NCBI GenBank assembly: GCA_963806535.1
Contig: CAWDYC010000007.1
Coordinates: forward strand, 288,001 to 352,000
Reading direction: 5' to 3'
DNA from: Candidatus Bathyarchaeota archaeon
Lineage (GTDB): Archaea; Thermoproteota; Bathyarchaeia; Bathyarchaeales; Bathycorpusculaceae
Length of the DNA: 64,000 nt
In this document: positions 63,041-64,000 of the stretch, in pieces
Layout of the letters: each line of letters begins with the position of its first letter
Numbering within the stretch: position 1 is the stretch's first letter
Translations under genes and position numbers: made by a program
The notes under the pieces: generated by a model
Database searches by the model: none
What the model saw: only the letters and a program-made list of their open reading frames with translations
What the model was told of the DNA's origin: nothing

Positions 63041-63133
63041 ATCACAAAAGCATCACAGCCTCATCACAAGCTGTGATATCAAAAGCCTTTTAACCATAAA
63101 TCACCGTGATTTTAATGTGATTGGTGACGTCAC
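63041..63133. repeat. Array of ATCAC/GTGAT boxes with 11-bp phasing
   Basis: ATCAC at 63041, 63052, 63063, 63100; GTGAT at 63073, 63106, 63117; palindrome GTGACGTCAC at 63124. Confidence 0.7.
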
Positions 63134-63534
63134 AAATTGTTTTCGTAAGCCGTTTCCTTTAATCTATTGTCAGGAAACATGAAACCTAAAAGACATAAAC
63201 ACCAAATAAATGTGTTTTAGAAAGTATATTGTTTCAAAACTACCGAAATATAGACAAGTGTAGCTTTGAGAAGACGGTTGAAACTGTATTGTTTGTGTAA
63301 AATTAATAAGAAAGCTCAAGGCAAAGATCCAAGAATTTTGCTCTTTATATGTTAACTGCACATTATCACCGTTTAAAAGCCAAAAAAGCCTCTCATTTGC
63401 CGCATTTTCCCATTTTGCGTTGTATTTACTTAGTTAATAATGGCTAAATCTTAAATTGCCACTTGGATAAACCTTAAAAAGTCGACTCAGTATACAAAAG
63501 TGTATTCATTCAGGTATACGGAGAAACGGAAGAT

Positions 63535-64000
63535 TTGAAGCTCAAAGATGGCGTACAGGCATGGCTAAATGGAGCATTAAACGACCCCATTGTCAAAATA
63601 CTTGCTAAAAACAGCCAATTAACAAAAACACAACTTGAAACACTACTAATAGACATTTTAGCCGAAAATATTGCGGGAAAACAGCTAAAATACGATGAAA
63701 AAGCCAATTTACGACTAACTAAGGCTAAAATAAGCCGCGGAGCATTTAATAGGACACTAAAACAGTCCAAAGAAAACGTCATAAAATCGATATATACGGT
63801 TCTACTTTTAGGCTATTTAGGGGTGTTTGAAAGCACAACTCTCGATCCCTATCTCGAAATAGCCAATAAACTGCACGAATATGTAGACGCACACCAAGAC
63901 ACACCAAACAAGGAAGAGGAACTAAAAGACCATCTAAAAGTAATAGAAATCATCCGCCAAGAGCTTGAAACAAGCCTAAAACGCCTTTCTAACCCATCAG
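63535..64000 (+). CDS. Hypothetical protein, possibly HTH-containing (partial)
   Basis: Open frame LKLKDGVQAWL...LTKTQLETLLID...ISRGAFNRTLKQ..ENVIKSIYT runs to the window end. Confidence 0.7.
   Translation, partial: MKLKDGVQAWLNGALNDPIVKILAKNSQLTKTQLETLLIDILAENIAGKQLKYDEKANLRLTKAKISRGAFNRTLKQSKENVIKSIYTVLLLGYLGVFESTTLDPYLEIANKLHEYVDAHQDTPNKEEELKDHLKVIEIIRQELETSLKRLSNPS

Noticed and set aside
1-64000. CRISPR array, rRNA, complete tRNA, transposase or integrase
   Set aside because: No regularly spaced repeats or such genes recognised by eye

Overview
Archaeal chromosome segment, most likely Bathyarchaeia (TACK). Markers are PolD DP2 together with Elf1, TrmB regulators, a PQQ-type beta-propeller surface protein and an exo/archaeosortase. 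Core informational operons occupy about 1-21.5 kb (rps27e-rpl44e-gins-priS-priL-pcna-tfs-rpoL-csl4-dph2-ppsA-rpl10e; ksgA-rpoF-rpl21e-pus10-srp54) and about 48-64 kb (nadK-nob1, sec61beta, polC, GGGPS, elf1, nadE). Between them lies an accessory stretch of small genes. Many genes, including essential ones, carry 1-nt frameshifts, which are probably assembly indel errors. Main discovery: a 24-bp palindrome TGT-N3-TGT-N6-ACA-N3-ACA occurs seven times, each 4-5 nt upstream of a TATA-like box, in front of small stress/dormancy-type genes. This is a candidate undescribed regulon. Other notable items are an intact terminase pair with no portal or capsid genes, a minimal PolX, a tRNA-Ala fragment and an 11-bp-phased ATCAC array. 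All calls come from reading the sequence by eye; no database searches were run.
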